Below, in pieces: positions 1-9,357 of a stretch of DNA of 64,000 nt. Numbering within the stretch: the first letter of the stretch is position 1; every line of letters starts with the position of its first letter. The DNA lies in the NCBI GenBank assembly GCA_949293255.1, contig CASFCL010000001.1, positions 1,082 to 65,081 on the forward strand, given 5' to 3'. The translations under genes were made by a program, and so were the position numbers. Source of the stretch: an uncultured bacterium (GTDB lineage Bacteria > Bacillota_I > Bacilli_A > RFN20 > CAG-826). The notes below the pieces were generated by a model. The model searched no databases, was not told where the DNA came from, and worked only from the letters and a program-made list of their open reading frames with translations.

Positions 1-1389
1 GGTAAAAATAGAAACATTTACGCAGAGAGTTTACTTGTACTTTTTTCACTTGTCGAAGATGAAGATACATTAGTTAGAAAAGCTGACTTTATCAGATCAC
101 TTAAAGATAAAGCACAAAAAGAACTCAATGCTTTCGAATATGAAAAAGAAGATTTAGATGATTTAGAAGAGGATGCTCTTTTAATGAATACAATTGCTTC
201 TAAGGCATCTTTTATATGTTCAAGATTAGAAGAAACAGGTTGGATTGATGTTGCAATGGATGATGATACTTTTGAAGAGATCATCGTTGTTCCAACTTAC
301 TCCTTTGCACTTTTAAGAAGTATGAGAAACATCATTTCCGATGAAGAGAGCCCATATGTTTCTCTTGTTCATTCAACTTACTCTGAACTTAAACTTGAAG
401 ACGAAGAACAAGATGAGCTTTTATACACAACTTTAAATAGATGCTTTGATAATACGAGAAAGTTAAAAATTGAATTAAAGACTTTAAATAACTCAATTAG
501 AGTCTTTAAAAATAGACTTGGTGGGTTATTCCAAACTAACGCAGTTTTACATCAATACTTTGATGAATATAAAACCAAAGTTAGCGATAGATATTACCAT
601 CCATTAAAAACTTTCGATAGTGTCGCAAAATATAGAAGACCAATTATTAAAATTTTAGACAAATGGCTTAGAACTTCCTCAATTAGAGAAAAACTTATCG
701 AACAATGCATGGCTTCTTCAAAAGTTGGTATGCAAAAAGAAGAAGCAGAAGCTCTTGTCATTAGAAAAATTAATTACATTAGTGATACTTACGATACAAT
801 CAATAAAGAAATTGCAGTTATCGATAGTGAACACAATGTTTATACCAAAAACTCAGCAAATAAGATCTTGTATTTAAACAATACTGATAAAACTATCAAA
901 GGACATTTAGAAAATATTCTTAAATGTTATGCAGAAAATGTAAATAATGGTCGTGTTTTATCAAAAGTCTTATCAAAAATGCAAGATGCCTGTTACTTTT
1001 ATGAACAAGGATACATTGATTCAAAATCTGTAACATTACCAATCTTACGTAAATTTAGATACGATGGCGAACCAATTCCAATTATGGATGGTTTAGAAGC
1101 TAGCGACATGGTAATGTCAAACTTCCTTGAAGAAACTAGAAACATTTACACTGATGAAAGAATTTATCAATTTATGGAAAACGCATTTGGCGGAGCCAAT
1201 GAAGTTTACATGTCAGAAATTCCATTAATTGATTACGATGCATTCGTATGTATAATTCTTGCAACAATTAAAAAAGATGATGAAGACTGTTTCTATACAG
1301 TCGAAGATGTAGACGGAACTAACATTAAAAATAGAGATTTCTCAGTTCCAAACTTAGTTTTCCGTAAGAAAGAGAACTTTATAAATTAG
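1..1389 (+). CDS. MukF/JetA(MksF)-like kleisin-type subunit of an SMC-like condensin module; 5' partial, ORF open to window edge
   Basis: Frame 1 has no stop from nt 1 to the first ATG at 184, so the 401-aa ORF continues upstream of the window. It is the first of three co-directional genes ending in a MukB/JetC-like ATPase. Assignment rests on size, order and context only; no diagnostic motif. Confidence 0.4.
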   Translation, partial: GKNRNIYAESLLVLFSLVEDEDTLVRKADFIRSLKDKAQKELNAFEYEKEDLDDLEEDALLMNTIASKASFICSRLEETGWIDVAMDDDTFEEIIVVPTYSFALLRSMRNIISDEESPYVSLVHSTYSELKLEDEEQDELLYTTLNRCFDNTRKLKIELKTLNNSIRVFKNRLGGLFQTNAVLHQYFDEYKTKVSDRYYHPLKTFDSVAKYRRPIIKILDKWLRTSSIREKLIEQCMASSKVGMQKEEAEALVIRKINYISDTYDTINKEIAVIDSEHNVYTKNSANKILYLNNTDKTIKGHLENILKCYAENVNNGRVLSKVLSKMQDACYFYEQGYIDSKSVTLPILRKFRYDGEPIPIMDGLEASDMVMSNFLEETRNIYTDERIYQFMENAFGGANEVYMSEIPLIDYDAFVCIILATIKKDDEDCFYTVEDVDGTNIKNRDFSVPNLVFRKKENFIN

Positions 1390-1408
1390 ATATTTACGGG
1401 GGTTAACG

Positions 1409-2077
1409 ATGTTTAGTGAAGATTTTACAAAACTTTCAGGTTCAGACCAAACTAGATTTGCAGAAGTCTGTAATAAATTATTATTAAAAGGATTTGTTGT
1501 CCGAGAATTTTATGATCCTCGTGAAAAAACAATGAGAAATAGCCAAGATTACAAATTTATTGAAAGATATTTTGATATTTTTGAAAACTATTTAAAGTTT
1601 AGCGGATGGACTTTAAAAAGAGATGAAAATCTCGGTGTTTACGCACTTTTTAACGATTATGAAGATAATAGAATTAGAATAGATAGAGAAGCTTCTGTTA
1701 TTTTAGTAACCTTAAGAAAAATTTATGATGATCAAAGACAAGAAAATCAAACATCTGCACAAAGTGGTCAAGCAATTTATCTCACAACAAACGGACTGAT
1801 TGGAGCTATGAAAATTTATGGTATTTTCATGCCAGGAAAAAGACTTACAGGTAGACTTGTAGGAAAATCTTTACGTTTCCTTGCTAACCACAACATTATT
1901 GCAAAAGTAAGTGGTAGTTATGATGAAGGTAATGTTAACTTCTTCATTTTACCATCAATAGTTTATGCTCTTGATAATGATAAAGTCGTTGCAATGAGTA
2001 ACGCACTTGATGAATTAAGAGCTAAAGAAAAAGAAAATCAAGGAGGACTTGTAAATGAAGACGCTTACCAAGGTTAA
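1409..2077 (+). CDS. MukE/JetB(MksE)-like small subunit (222 aa)
   Basis: Acidic 222-aa protein sandwiched between the kleisin-like ORF and the SMC-like ATPase. Its 3' end overlaps the ATPase start by 23 nt (translational coupling). Size and position fit DUF4194/MukE-like subunits; no motif proof. Confidence 0.4.
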   Translation: MFSEDFTKLSGSDQTRFAEVCNKLLLKGFVVREFYDPREKTMRNSQDYKFIERYFDIFENYLKFSGWTLKRDENLGVYALFNDYEDNRIRIDREASVILVTLRKIYDDQRQENQTSAQSGQAIYLTTNGLIGAMKIYGIFMPGKRLTGRLVGKSLRFLANHNIIAKVSGSYDEGNVNFFILPSIVYALDNDKVVAMSNALDELRAKEKENQGGLVNEDAYQG

Positions 2078-5000
2078 AATAATCAATTGGCATTATTTTT
2101 GGAACGAAACTCTTGAAGTTAAACCAATCGTTTTCCTTACAGGTTTAAATGGTAGTGGTAAATCGACTTTAATCGATGCTTTACAAGTCGTTTTACTTGG
2201 TGATACTACAGGAAGATACTTTAATAAAGCAGCTATGGATAAATCTGCTCGTACTTTAAAAGGTTACCTTAGAGGTGAGCTTAGTGATACGATGGATGGC
2301 GGATTTAAATATTTAAGAAACGGAAGATTCACTTCCTATATCGCTCTTGAATTTTTTGATACATTAAAAGAAAAATCATTCACCATGGGTATTGTTTTCG
2401 ATATCTTTGAAAGCGGTGATGAAGAACATAGATTCTTCTTCTTAAATGGACCAATTCCTGAAAATCAATTTATTAATGATAGAATTCCAATGGATTACAA
2501 GACATTATCTTGCTATTTAAAAGATAATGAAATTCCTCATGAATTCTTCGATAGCAATACAAAATATAAAGACTTCTTAAAACAACAATTTGGTGGATTA
2601 AAAGATAAATATTTCTCTCTTTTAAAGAAAGCTACATCTTTCTCACCAATTACTGATATTACAACATTTATTACTCAATATGTTTGTGATCCTCAAGCCG
2701 ACATCGAAGTAGGTCTTTTACAAGAAAATATTCAAAACTATAAACGTCTTGAAGAAGAAGCAAAAGTTATTGCTGCAAGAATCGAAAAGCTCGAAGCCAT
2801 CGAAGAAAATTACAATAGATACAAAGAAAATTTAGAGACATTTAAGATTGCTCAATATATCGTAGAAAGATGTGAACTTGAAGGAGCAAAAGATAAATTA
2901 GATGCTTATAAAAGACAAATTCAATCTGCTAAAGATCGTCTTTTAGCAATCGAGATTGAAGTCTCTGATTTTAGACAAAAATTAGCTGATTTAGATAAGA
3001 AAAAGATTAGATTAATTCAAGATAAATCATCTAACTCAGTCGCAAAATTAACTGATGAATTAAATGAACAAAAACAAGATATAACCAAAGAAATGCAAGA
3101 AATCGAAAGAAATGCAAAACTTGTTTCTAACAATTTAAACAATTTATGCAATTCTTATCTCGATGCTGCAAATTCTTTAACAACAAATTTATCAAACTTT
3201 GATTTAACTATCTTAGATGAAGATGAAACTGAAGATATTCAGGAATTACTTACTGAATGTAATCATATCGTCAAAGTTTGTATGGATTTTAGAACAACTT
3301 ATGCAAATGATTTACCTTTACTTACAAAAGAAAATTTAATTGAATTTGGTAAAGAACTTGAACCATTTAGAACAAAAGTTGCTTCTTTAGCAGTTTCTAT
3401 TTCAAGAACTTGCTCCCAAATCATGAAGAAGATTGAAACTTTACAAAAAGAAGAAGCTTCAATGAAAATGGGTCAAAAAGCTTATCCAGCAGGTTTATTA
3501 ACTATTAAAAATAGATTAGAAGAAGAACTTTATAACAAATATCATAAGACAATTGAAGTAAATATTTATTGCGACCTTATTGATATTAGAGATTTAAGCT
3601 GGTCAGATGCAATCGAAGGATATTTAGCACCACAAAAATTTAACTTATTTGTCGCTCCTAAATATTATGTCGATGCCTATAAGATTTTAAAAGAAATCTT
3701 AAGAGAAGAAAATTTCTACGGAACAGCTTTAGTTGATGAAGAAAGAATTATTGAAAGAAATTATCAAAGCGAAGTTGGATCTCTTGCTGATGAAATTAAA
3801 ACTACTCATGATGGAGCAAGAGCTTATACAAACTTCTTAGTCGGTAGACTTTATAAAGCAAAAGATGTCAATGATGCTAGACAAAGTGGTAATGGTATCA
3901 CAAAAGAATGTGATTTATATAGAAACTTCTCATTATCAAAAATTAGTCCACGTTTATATGCTCAATCCTATATTGGTAGTAACGTTGATGCTAGATTCTT
4001 TGAAGATAAAGAAAGACAAGTTAAAGCCAATCAATCTAACTTAAATATTTTTAGAAAATTAAATGAAATTGTTTCAAAAGCAACATCTCTTGAAGCTCTT
4101 TCAAGTGGTAATATTGAAAATATTTTCATGCTTATTTCAAAAGTTTCAACATTAGAAGGATTAAAGAAAAGTCTCGATTACATCGAAGAACAACTCAAAC
4201 AACACGATACAACTTTACTCAATTCTTTAGATAAGAGAATCGCAGAAACTGAAAAAGAAATTGAAAGTGTAAATAAGAAAATTGAAGAATCTTTAATTGA
4301 AAAAGGTAACTTAAATAAAGAAATCGAATCATTAAAGAATGAAAAGATTGTTAATGAAGAAGAAAATATTCGTACTATCCAAGATAGACTTGCAAATTCA
4401 TATGACTATAACTTAGTCACTGAAGAAGCATCTCCTTTATATGAACAAAGAAGAGCAGAAGGAAATACAAATATTGAAATTTTAAGAGATTTCCAAGCTC
4501 AATTATCAAAACTTCAATACCTTGTTAATAACAACACTCAAGCATTACAAAGATTAAGAAGAGAATATTGTAATGATTATCATCTCTCCTTTGCTGTTGA
4601 TGCTGAAAATAACGACCAATTTGATGTTGAACTTCACGATTTTAGAGATGTTAGATTACCTGAATATCAACAAAAGATCGAAGATTCATATCATAAAGCT
4701 ACCCAACAATTTAGAGATGACTTCATCAATAAATTAAGAGGTGCAATTGAAGATGCCGAAGATCAAATCGAAAACTTAAATCAAGCTTTAATCGAATCAC
4801 AATTCGGTAGAGATAGTTATAGATTTACAGTTACTCCATCTTCAACATATAGAAGATATTACGATATGTTAAAAGATGATATCGTATTAACTTCAGGACA
4901 AGATGAAACATTATTCTTAGAAAAATATAAAGATGTCATGGAAGACTTATTTAAACAAATAGTCGATACCGGTGACAAAAACAAAGCAAGCGAGCTTTCT

Positions 5001-5426
5001 TTGAACGTCCAAAAGTTTACAGATTATCGTAGTTATTTAGATTTTGATTTAGTGGTGTATAATAATGATACTGGGGTTCAAGAACGTCTTTCGCAAATGA
5101 TTAGAAAGAAGTCAGGTGGTGAAACTCAAACACCATTCTATATCGCCGTACTTGCCTCATTTGCTCAACTATATCATGTTAATGATGCAGGAGAGTTAGG
5201 CAATACAACTCGTATAATAATTTTCGACGAAGCTTTCTCTAAGATGGATAAGGGAAGAATTAAAGAAGCAGTCAGACTTTTAAGAAAATTTGACTTGCAA
5301 GTTATTCTCTCAGCTCCATCAGATAAAGTTGGCGATATTTCCGAATTAGTTGACGAAACTTTAGTTGTTCTCCACGAGAAGAACTCAAGCTTTGTTAAAT
5401 TATATGCTCAAGACAAACTGAATTAA
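2055..5426 (+). CDS. MukB/JetC(MksB)-like SMC-family ATPase (1123 aa)
   Basis: AGGAGG RBS at 2041-2046, 8 nt before the ATG. N-terminal Walker A is LTGLNGSGKSTLIDALQVVLLGD. Middle ~700 aa is rich in E/K/L/Q heptad-like sequence (coiled coil). C-terminal head has the SGGE signature-like motif (KKSGGETQTPFYIAVLASF) and Walker B/D-loop IIIFDEAFSKMD. Confidence 0.7.
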   Translation: MKTLTKVKIINWHYFWNETLEVKPIVFLTGLNGSGKSTLIDALQVVLLGDTTGRYFNKAAMDKSARTLKGYLRGELSDTMDGGFKYLRNGRFTSYIALEFFDTLKEKSFTMGIVFDIFESGDEEHRFFFLNGPIPENQFINDRIPMDYKTLSCYLKDNEIPHEFFDSNTKYKDFLKQQFGGLKDKYFSLLKKATSFSPITDITTFITQYVCDPQADIEVGLLQENIQNYKRLEEEAKVIAARIEKLEAIEENYNRYKENLETFKIAQYIVERCELEGAKDKLDAYKRQIQSAKDRLLAIEIEVSDFRQKLADLDKKKIRLIQDKSSNSVAKLTDELNEQKQDITKEMQEIERNAKLVSNNLNNLCNSYLDAANSLTTNLSNFDLTILDEDETEDIQELLTECNHIVKVCMDFRTTYANDLPLLTKENLIEFGKELEPFRTKVASLAVSISRTCSQIMKKIETLQKEEASMKMGQKAYPAGLLTIKNRLEEELYNKYHKTIEVNIYCDLIDIRDLSWSDAIEGYLAPQKFNLFVAPKYYVDAYKILKEILREENFYGTALVDEERIIERNYQSEVGSLADEIKTTHDGARAYTNFLVGRLYKAKDVNDARQSGNGITKECDLYRNFSLSKISPRLYAQSYIGSNVDARFFEDKERQVKANQSNLNIFRKLNEIVSKATSLEALSSGNIENIFMLISKVSTLEGLKKSLDYIEEQLKQHDTTLLNSLDKRIAETEKEIESVNKKIEESLIEKGNLNKEIESLKNEKIVNEEENIRTIQDRLANSYDYNLVTEEASPLYEQRRAEGNTNIEILRDFQAQLSKLQYLVNNNTQALQRLRREYCNDYHLSFAVDAENNDQFDVELHDFRDVRLPEYQQKIEDSYHKATQQFRDDFINKLRGAIEDAEDQIENLNQALIESQFGRDSYRFTVTPSSTYRRYYDMLKDDIVLTSGQDETLFLEKYKDVMEDLFKQIVDTGDKNKASELSLNVQKFTDYRSYLDFDLVVYNNDTGVQERLSQMIRKKSGGETQTPFYIAVLASFAQLYHVNDAGELGNTTRIIIFDEAFSKMDKGRIKEAVRLLRKFDLQVILSAPSDKVGDISELVDETLVVLHEKNSSFVKLYAQDKLN

Positions 5427-5446
5427 TAATTTAAGGAGAAATTTTT

Positions 5447-6580
5447 ATGCCAAGAAAAGTTGTCGCGATGATTCTTGCTGGTGGTAAGGGCACCAGATTA
5501 AAAGCTTTAACCAAAAAAATTGCAAAACCTGCAGTTTATTTTGGTGGCAAATACAGAATCATTGATTTTTGCTTGTCCAACGTAGCAAATTCACAAATCG
5601 ATTGTGTTGGTGTTTTAACACAATACGAATCAGTCGTTTTAAACAATTACATCTCAAATGGTCAAATTTGGGGCTTTGATGGAGTCAATTCTACATGTGC
5701 TGCTTTACCTCCTCGTCAAACCGAAGAAGGTGCTAGCTGGTATAAAGGAACTGCCGATGCAATCGCACAAAATATTGATTTCTTAGATGATGAAGAACCA
5801 GAATATGTTTTAATTTTAAGTGGTGATCATATCTATAAAACAACCTATACAGATATGATTAATCTTCATATCAAAACAAAAGCAAGCTGTACAATTTCTG
5901 TTATGGAAGTTGATTGGAAAGAAGCTTCAAGATTCGGTATCTTAGAAGTCGATACAAAAGACAACATTACAAAATTCGTTGAAAAACCAAAAGAACCAAA
6001 ATCAAATTTAGCTTCAATGGGTGTTTATGTATTCACCTATAAAGATTTAAGAAAAGCATTAGTAGAAGATATGAAAAATCCAAATTCATCTCATGACTTT
6101 GGTAAAGATATCATCCCAACAATGTTAAAAGAAAACAAAAAGTTAGTTGCTTATAGATTTAGTGGATATTGGAGAGATGTCGGTACTTTAGAAAGTTTAC
6201 ATACCGCAAATATGGAACTTTTGCCTTCAAGAAGAACCGAAGAAACCATTCATTTTGATGAATATCCAATTATTTATAGTGAAGATACACATTCTCTTCC
6301 TCAATATATTGGAAAAGAAGCAGCAGTTAAAGATTCTTTAATCAACCAAGGTGCTCAAATCTATGGTAGTGTTGAAGAATCAGTTATTTCAAATGAAGTT
6401 GTTGTTATGCCAGGAGCAGTTGTTAAAAATTCTGTCATCATGCCAGGAGTTAAAATTGGTAGAGATGCAGTCGTTACAAATGCAATTATTGGTCCAAACA
6501 CTGTAATTAACGATAAAGAAGTCGTTAATAAAACAGAAAGTGAAATTGTTTTAATCGATAAAGAAAGGAGCCTTCAATAA
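5447..6580 (+). CDS. glgC: glucose-1-phosphate adenylyltransferase catalytic subunit
   Basis: N-terminus AMILAGGKGTRLKALTKKIAKPAVYFGGKYRIIDFCLSNVANS is the canonical GlgC nucleotide-binding region. C-terminal left-handed beta-helix repeats are present. RBS AAGGAG upstream. Confidence 0.9.
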   Translation: MPRKVVAMILAGGKGTRLKALTKKIAKPAVYFGGKYRIIDFCLSNVANSQIDCVGVLTQYESVVLNNYISNGQIWGFDGVNSTCAALPPRQTEEGASWYKGTADAIAQNIDFLDDEEPEYVLILSGDHIYKTTYTDMINLHIKTKASCTISVMEVDWKEASRFGILEVDTKDNITKFVEKPKEPKSNLASMGVYVFTYKDLRKALVEDMKNPNSSHDFGKDIIPTMLKENKKLVAYRFSGYWRDVGTLESLHTANMELLPSRRTEETIHFDEYPIIYSEDTHSLPQYIGKEAAVKDSLINQGAQIYGSVEESVISNEVVVMPGAVVKNSVIMPGVKIGRDAVVTNAIIGPNTVINDKEVVNKTESEIVLIDKERSLQ

Positions 6581-7701
6581 TGAATAATGTCTTAGCTTTA
6601 GTCGATCTTCATAATTCAAAGAAAATCGATGTATTAACTGAACAAAGAGAACTTGCTTCAACTACATTTTTAGCAAGATATGCCTTTATTGATTACGCTC
6701 TTTCAAACTTAATCAATAGTGGTATCGATGATATTTCAATTTTAGCAAGAAGCAACTTTAGAAGTATTTCAAAACATTTAGGTCCAGTTTCAACCTATTT
6801 AAAAAACACAAAAACAGGTTTCTTAAATGTTTTAATGAACGAAAAGGCAATTCCTTCTCCTCAATTCAATACAGATGTTCATAATCTTCAAGAAAATGAC
6901 TACATCTTATATGATTCAAATTGTAAATATGTATTAATTACCCCAGTTCACTTTGTTTATAAAATTGATTTCCAAAAAGTAATTGATGAACACGCTGCTA
7001 GTGGTAAAGTCATCTCAGTACTTTATGGTACAACAAATGAACCAAGTGAATATGCTGGATGTCATAAAATTGTTGTCGATGCAATCGGAAATGCTCAAAA
7101 ATTTGATGTAATTTCTGAAGATGACAAAAATAAAGAAGTTAATGTTTCTTTAGAAACATATGTCGTAAATATGGAATTTTTAAAAGACATTCTTCGTAGA
7201 GCAAAAGATATTTCTGAATTATTCTCACTTGATGAATTATTTAGATATATTGCTCATTATGAAAACGATATGAACTGTATCAAACATGATGGATATTTTA
7301 GATGTTTTGATAGCTTAGCAAAATATTATAAATATTCCTTTGAAATCATGGACTATAAAAATGGTGCAGATAAGATCTTCTCAACCGATAATTTACTTCT
7401 TACAACAACCCACAATTCTAGACCAGTTTTATATGGTAAGAATGCTGATGTAAGACAATCTATCGTTGCTAATGGATCAACAATCAATGGTAAAGTTAGA
7501 CATTCAATTTTATCTAGAGACGTTGTCATTGAAGAAGGTGCTTCAGTAGAAGATTGTATTTTATTTACCCATACAGTTGTTAAAAAAGGTGTCCATCTTA
7601 GAAACGTTGTCGCTGATAAGAGATGTGTTTTTGAAACCAAGGAAAATGTTAGCGGAACCAAAGATGAACCACTTTATGTAAAAAGAGGAGCAATTATTTA
7701 A
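6580..7701 (+). CDS. glgD: glucose-1-phosphate adenylyltransferase regulatory subunit GlgD (Firmicute type)
   Basis: GlgC-paralog fold lacking the GGxGxRL loop, placed between glgC and glgA as in Bacilli. TAATG stop/start overlap with glgC. Confidence 0.8.
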   Translation: MNNVLALVDLHNSKKIDVLTEQRELASTTFLARYAFIDYALSNLINSGIDDISILARSNFRSISKHLGPVSTYLKNTKTGFLNVLMNEKAIPSPQFNTDVHNLQENDYILYDSNCKYVLITPVHFVYKIDFQKVIDEHAASGKVISVLYGTTNEPSEYAGCHKIVVDAIGNAQKFDVISEDDKNKEVNVSLETYVVNMEFLKDILRRAKDISELFSLDELFRYIAHYENDMNCIKHDGYFRCFDSLAKYYKYSFEIMDYKNGADKIFSTDNLLLTTTHNSRPVLYGKNADVRQSIVANGSTINGKVRHSILSRDVVIEEGASVEDCILFTHTVVKKGVHLRNVVADKRCVFETKENVSGTKDEPLYVKRGAII

Positions 7702-9143
7702 TGAAAATTTTAATGGCTAGTGGCGAATGTTTGCCATTTTCAAAAACTGGTGGACTTGGTGATGTTGCTTATTCTTTAAGTAAAGAATTTGCCAAAAAAA
7801 GACACGCAGTTTCAGTTATTACTCCTTTATATTCATCCATCAAACTTGAAAAATTCCCACCTTTAGAAAAGGTTTGTGATATGACAGTTAAGATGAACTG
7901 GAGAAATATCAAATGTTCAGTCTATACTGTAAAAGTTGATGGTATTAGTTATTATTTAGTAGATAATAAGTATTATTTCTATAGAGATTCCTTATATGGT
8001 TTTTATGATGATGGCGAAAGATTTGCTTTCTTTTCAAACGCTGTTATCGAATTTATGAAAACTATTAATAAGAAATTTGATATCGTTCATGTTCACGATT
8101 GGCAAGTTGGTATGATTCCATGTTTACTTAAAGTAAAATATTGGAATGATGACTATTTAAAAAATGTAAAAACAGTTTTAACAATTCATAACCCACTTTT
8201 TAAAGGTTATTTCTCAAGTGGTAGTTTATATGACTTATATGAATTAGATATAAGTTTATATAACAACGGAAGTGTTAGACTTGATAACCAAGTTTCAACA
8301 TTAAAAGCTGCTATTAAATTTGCTGATAAAATTACAACAGTCTCTCCAACTCATGCTTATGAACTTACAACTGTTGAAGGTTCGATGGGTTTATGGTATG
8401 ACTTAACTTTAAGAAAAGATGATTTTGTCGGTATTTTAAATGGTATGGATTATGGTGAATTTGATCCATCAAAAGATCCTCGAATTGTTAAAAATTTCGA
8501 TGTCACTAACTTTAAAGAAAATAAAAAAGTAAATAAAATTGCTTTCTGTAAAGAACATGGATTAGATCCAAACTTACCACTTTATGCAGTAGTTTCTAGA
8601 CTTACTGATCAAAAAGGTCTCGATTTAATATTTGCAATGAGCGATTTCTTAACTTATGCCGGTGGAAATTTTGCTGTTTTAGGAAGTGGAGAAAAATACG
8701 CTGAAGATTATTTCAATGATTTATATAAGAGAAATCCAAATCACACATATGTTTATATTGGATATAGTGATCAAATTGCTCACGAATTATATGCCGCAAG
8801 TGATTTCTTCATTATGCCATCCAAATTTGAACCATGTGGATTAGGTCAAATGGTTGCTCATACATATGGAAGTTTACCAATTGTTAGAGAAACCGGCGGA
8901 TTAAAAGATAGCGTTATCGGATATGATTTCATTTATGGAACCAATAAAGATAAAGCTGATGGATTCTCATTCTATGACCATAATCCTCAAGTTGCAGTAA
9001 GAGTTATTGGTGAAACACTTAATTTATATAATAAAGATCAAGAAACATTCCATAAATTAGTGGAAAACGCCATGAAATGCGATCATTCCTGGAATCAATC
9101 TGCAAAAGAATATTTAAAACTTTATAATTCAATTCTTAAATAG
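7701..9143 (+). CDS. glgA: glycogen synthase (ADP-glucose type)
   Basis: N-terminus MKILMASGECLPFSKTGGLGDVAYSLSKEF (KTGGL motif) plus GT-B C-terminal half. TAATG overlap with glgD. Confidence 0.9.
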   Translation: MKILMASGECLPFSKTGGLGDVAYSLSKEFAKKRHAVSVITPLYSSIKLEKFPPLEKVCDMTVKMNWRNIKCSVYTVKVDGISYYLVDNKYYFYRDSLYGFYDDGERFAFFSNAVIEFMKTINKKFDIVHVHDWQVGMIPCLLKVKYWNDDYLKNVKTVLTIHNPLFKGYFSSGSLYDLYELDISLYNNGSVRLDNQVSTLKAAIKFADKITTVSPTHAYELTTVEGSMGLWYDLTLRKDDFVGILNGMDYGEFDPSKDPRIVKNFDVTNFKENKKVNKIAFCKEHGLDPNLPLYAVVSRLTDQKGLDLIFAMSDFLTYAGGNFAVLGSGEKYAEDYFNDLYKRNPNHTYVYIGYSDQIAHELYAASDFFIMPSKFEPCGLGQMVAHTYGSLPIVRETGGLKDSVIGYDFIYGTNKDKADGFSFYDHNPQVAVRVIGETLNLYNKDQETFHKLVENAMKCDHSWNQSAKEYLKLYNSILK

Positions 9144-9149
9144 AGTTTG

Positions 9150-9345
9150 ATATACTAAAAATCACTTTTGAATAATTTAAGAAGTTTGTTATTTAGAGAG
9201 CTAATGAATGGTGAAAATTAGTTAACAAATCTTAAAGTCTCACCAAAAGAAGACAAATTAGAAAGTGTATCTATCATAATGATAGATAAATTAAGGTGGT
9301 ACCACGCAAAAAGCGTCCTTAACTAGGATGCTTTTTTATGTAAAT
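9150..9345 (+). promoter_or_regulatory. T-box leader (tRNA-sensing riboswitch) upstream of leuS
   Basis: AGAGAG (stem I region) at about 9196. Stem III palindrome tctatcat/atgataga at 9270-9287. T-box sequence aaattaaggtggtaccacgc at 9288-9307. Terminator hairpin aagcgtcc..ggatgctt followed by TTTTTT at 9311-9337. Confidence 0.65.
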
Positions 9346-9357
9346 GGAGGTAAAAAT

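Noticed and set aside
7353-7661. 102-aa minus-strand ORF inside glgD
   Set aside because: Fully antisense to a well-supported gene, with no RBS or homology signal. It is a typical AT-rich-genome spurious ORF. The same applies to 18..284(-), 11879..12115(-), 13447..13662(-), 16779..16976(-), 17163..17375(-), 28440..28706(-), 30659..30850(-), 30964..31342(-), 32184..32384(-), 37763..37954(+), 41184..41375(-), 43848..44030(-), 44483..44683(-), 55512..55727(-), 56124..56627(-), 56745..56963(+), 58887..59204(-), 60164..60349(-) and 60536..60751(-).
9328-9357. ORF-track start of leuS at 9328 ([10 protein letters not shown]...)
   Set aside because: This ATG lies inside the T-box terminator U-tract and has no RBS. 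The ATG at 9358 has GGAGGT upstream and gives the canonical MSYNHKE LeuS N-terminus.
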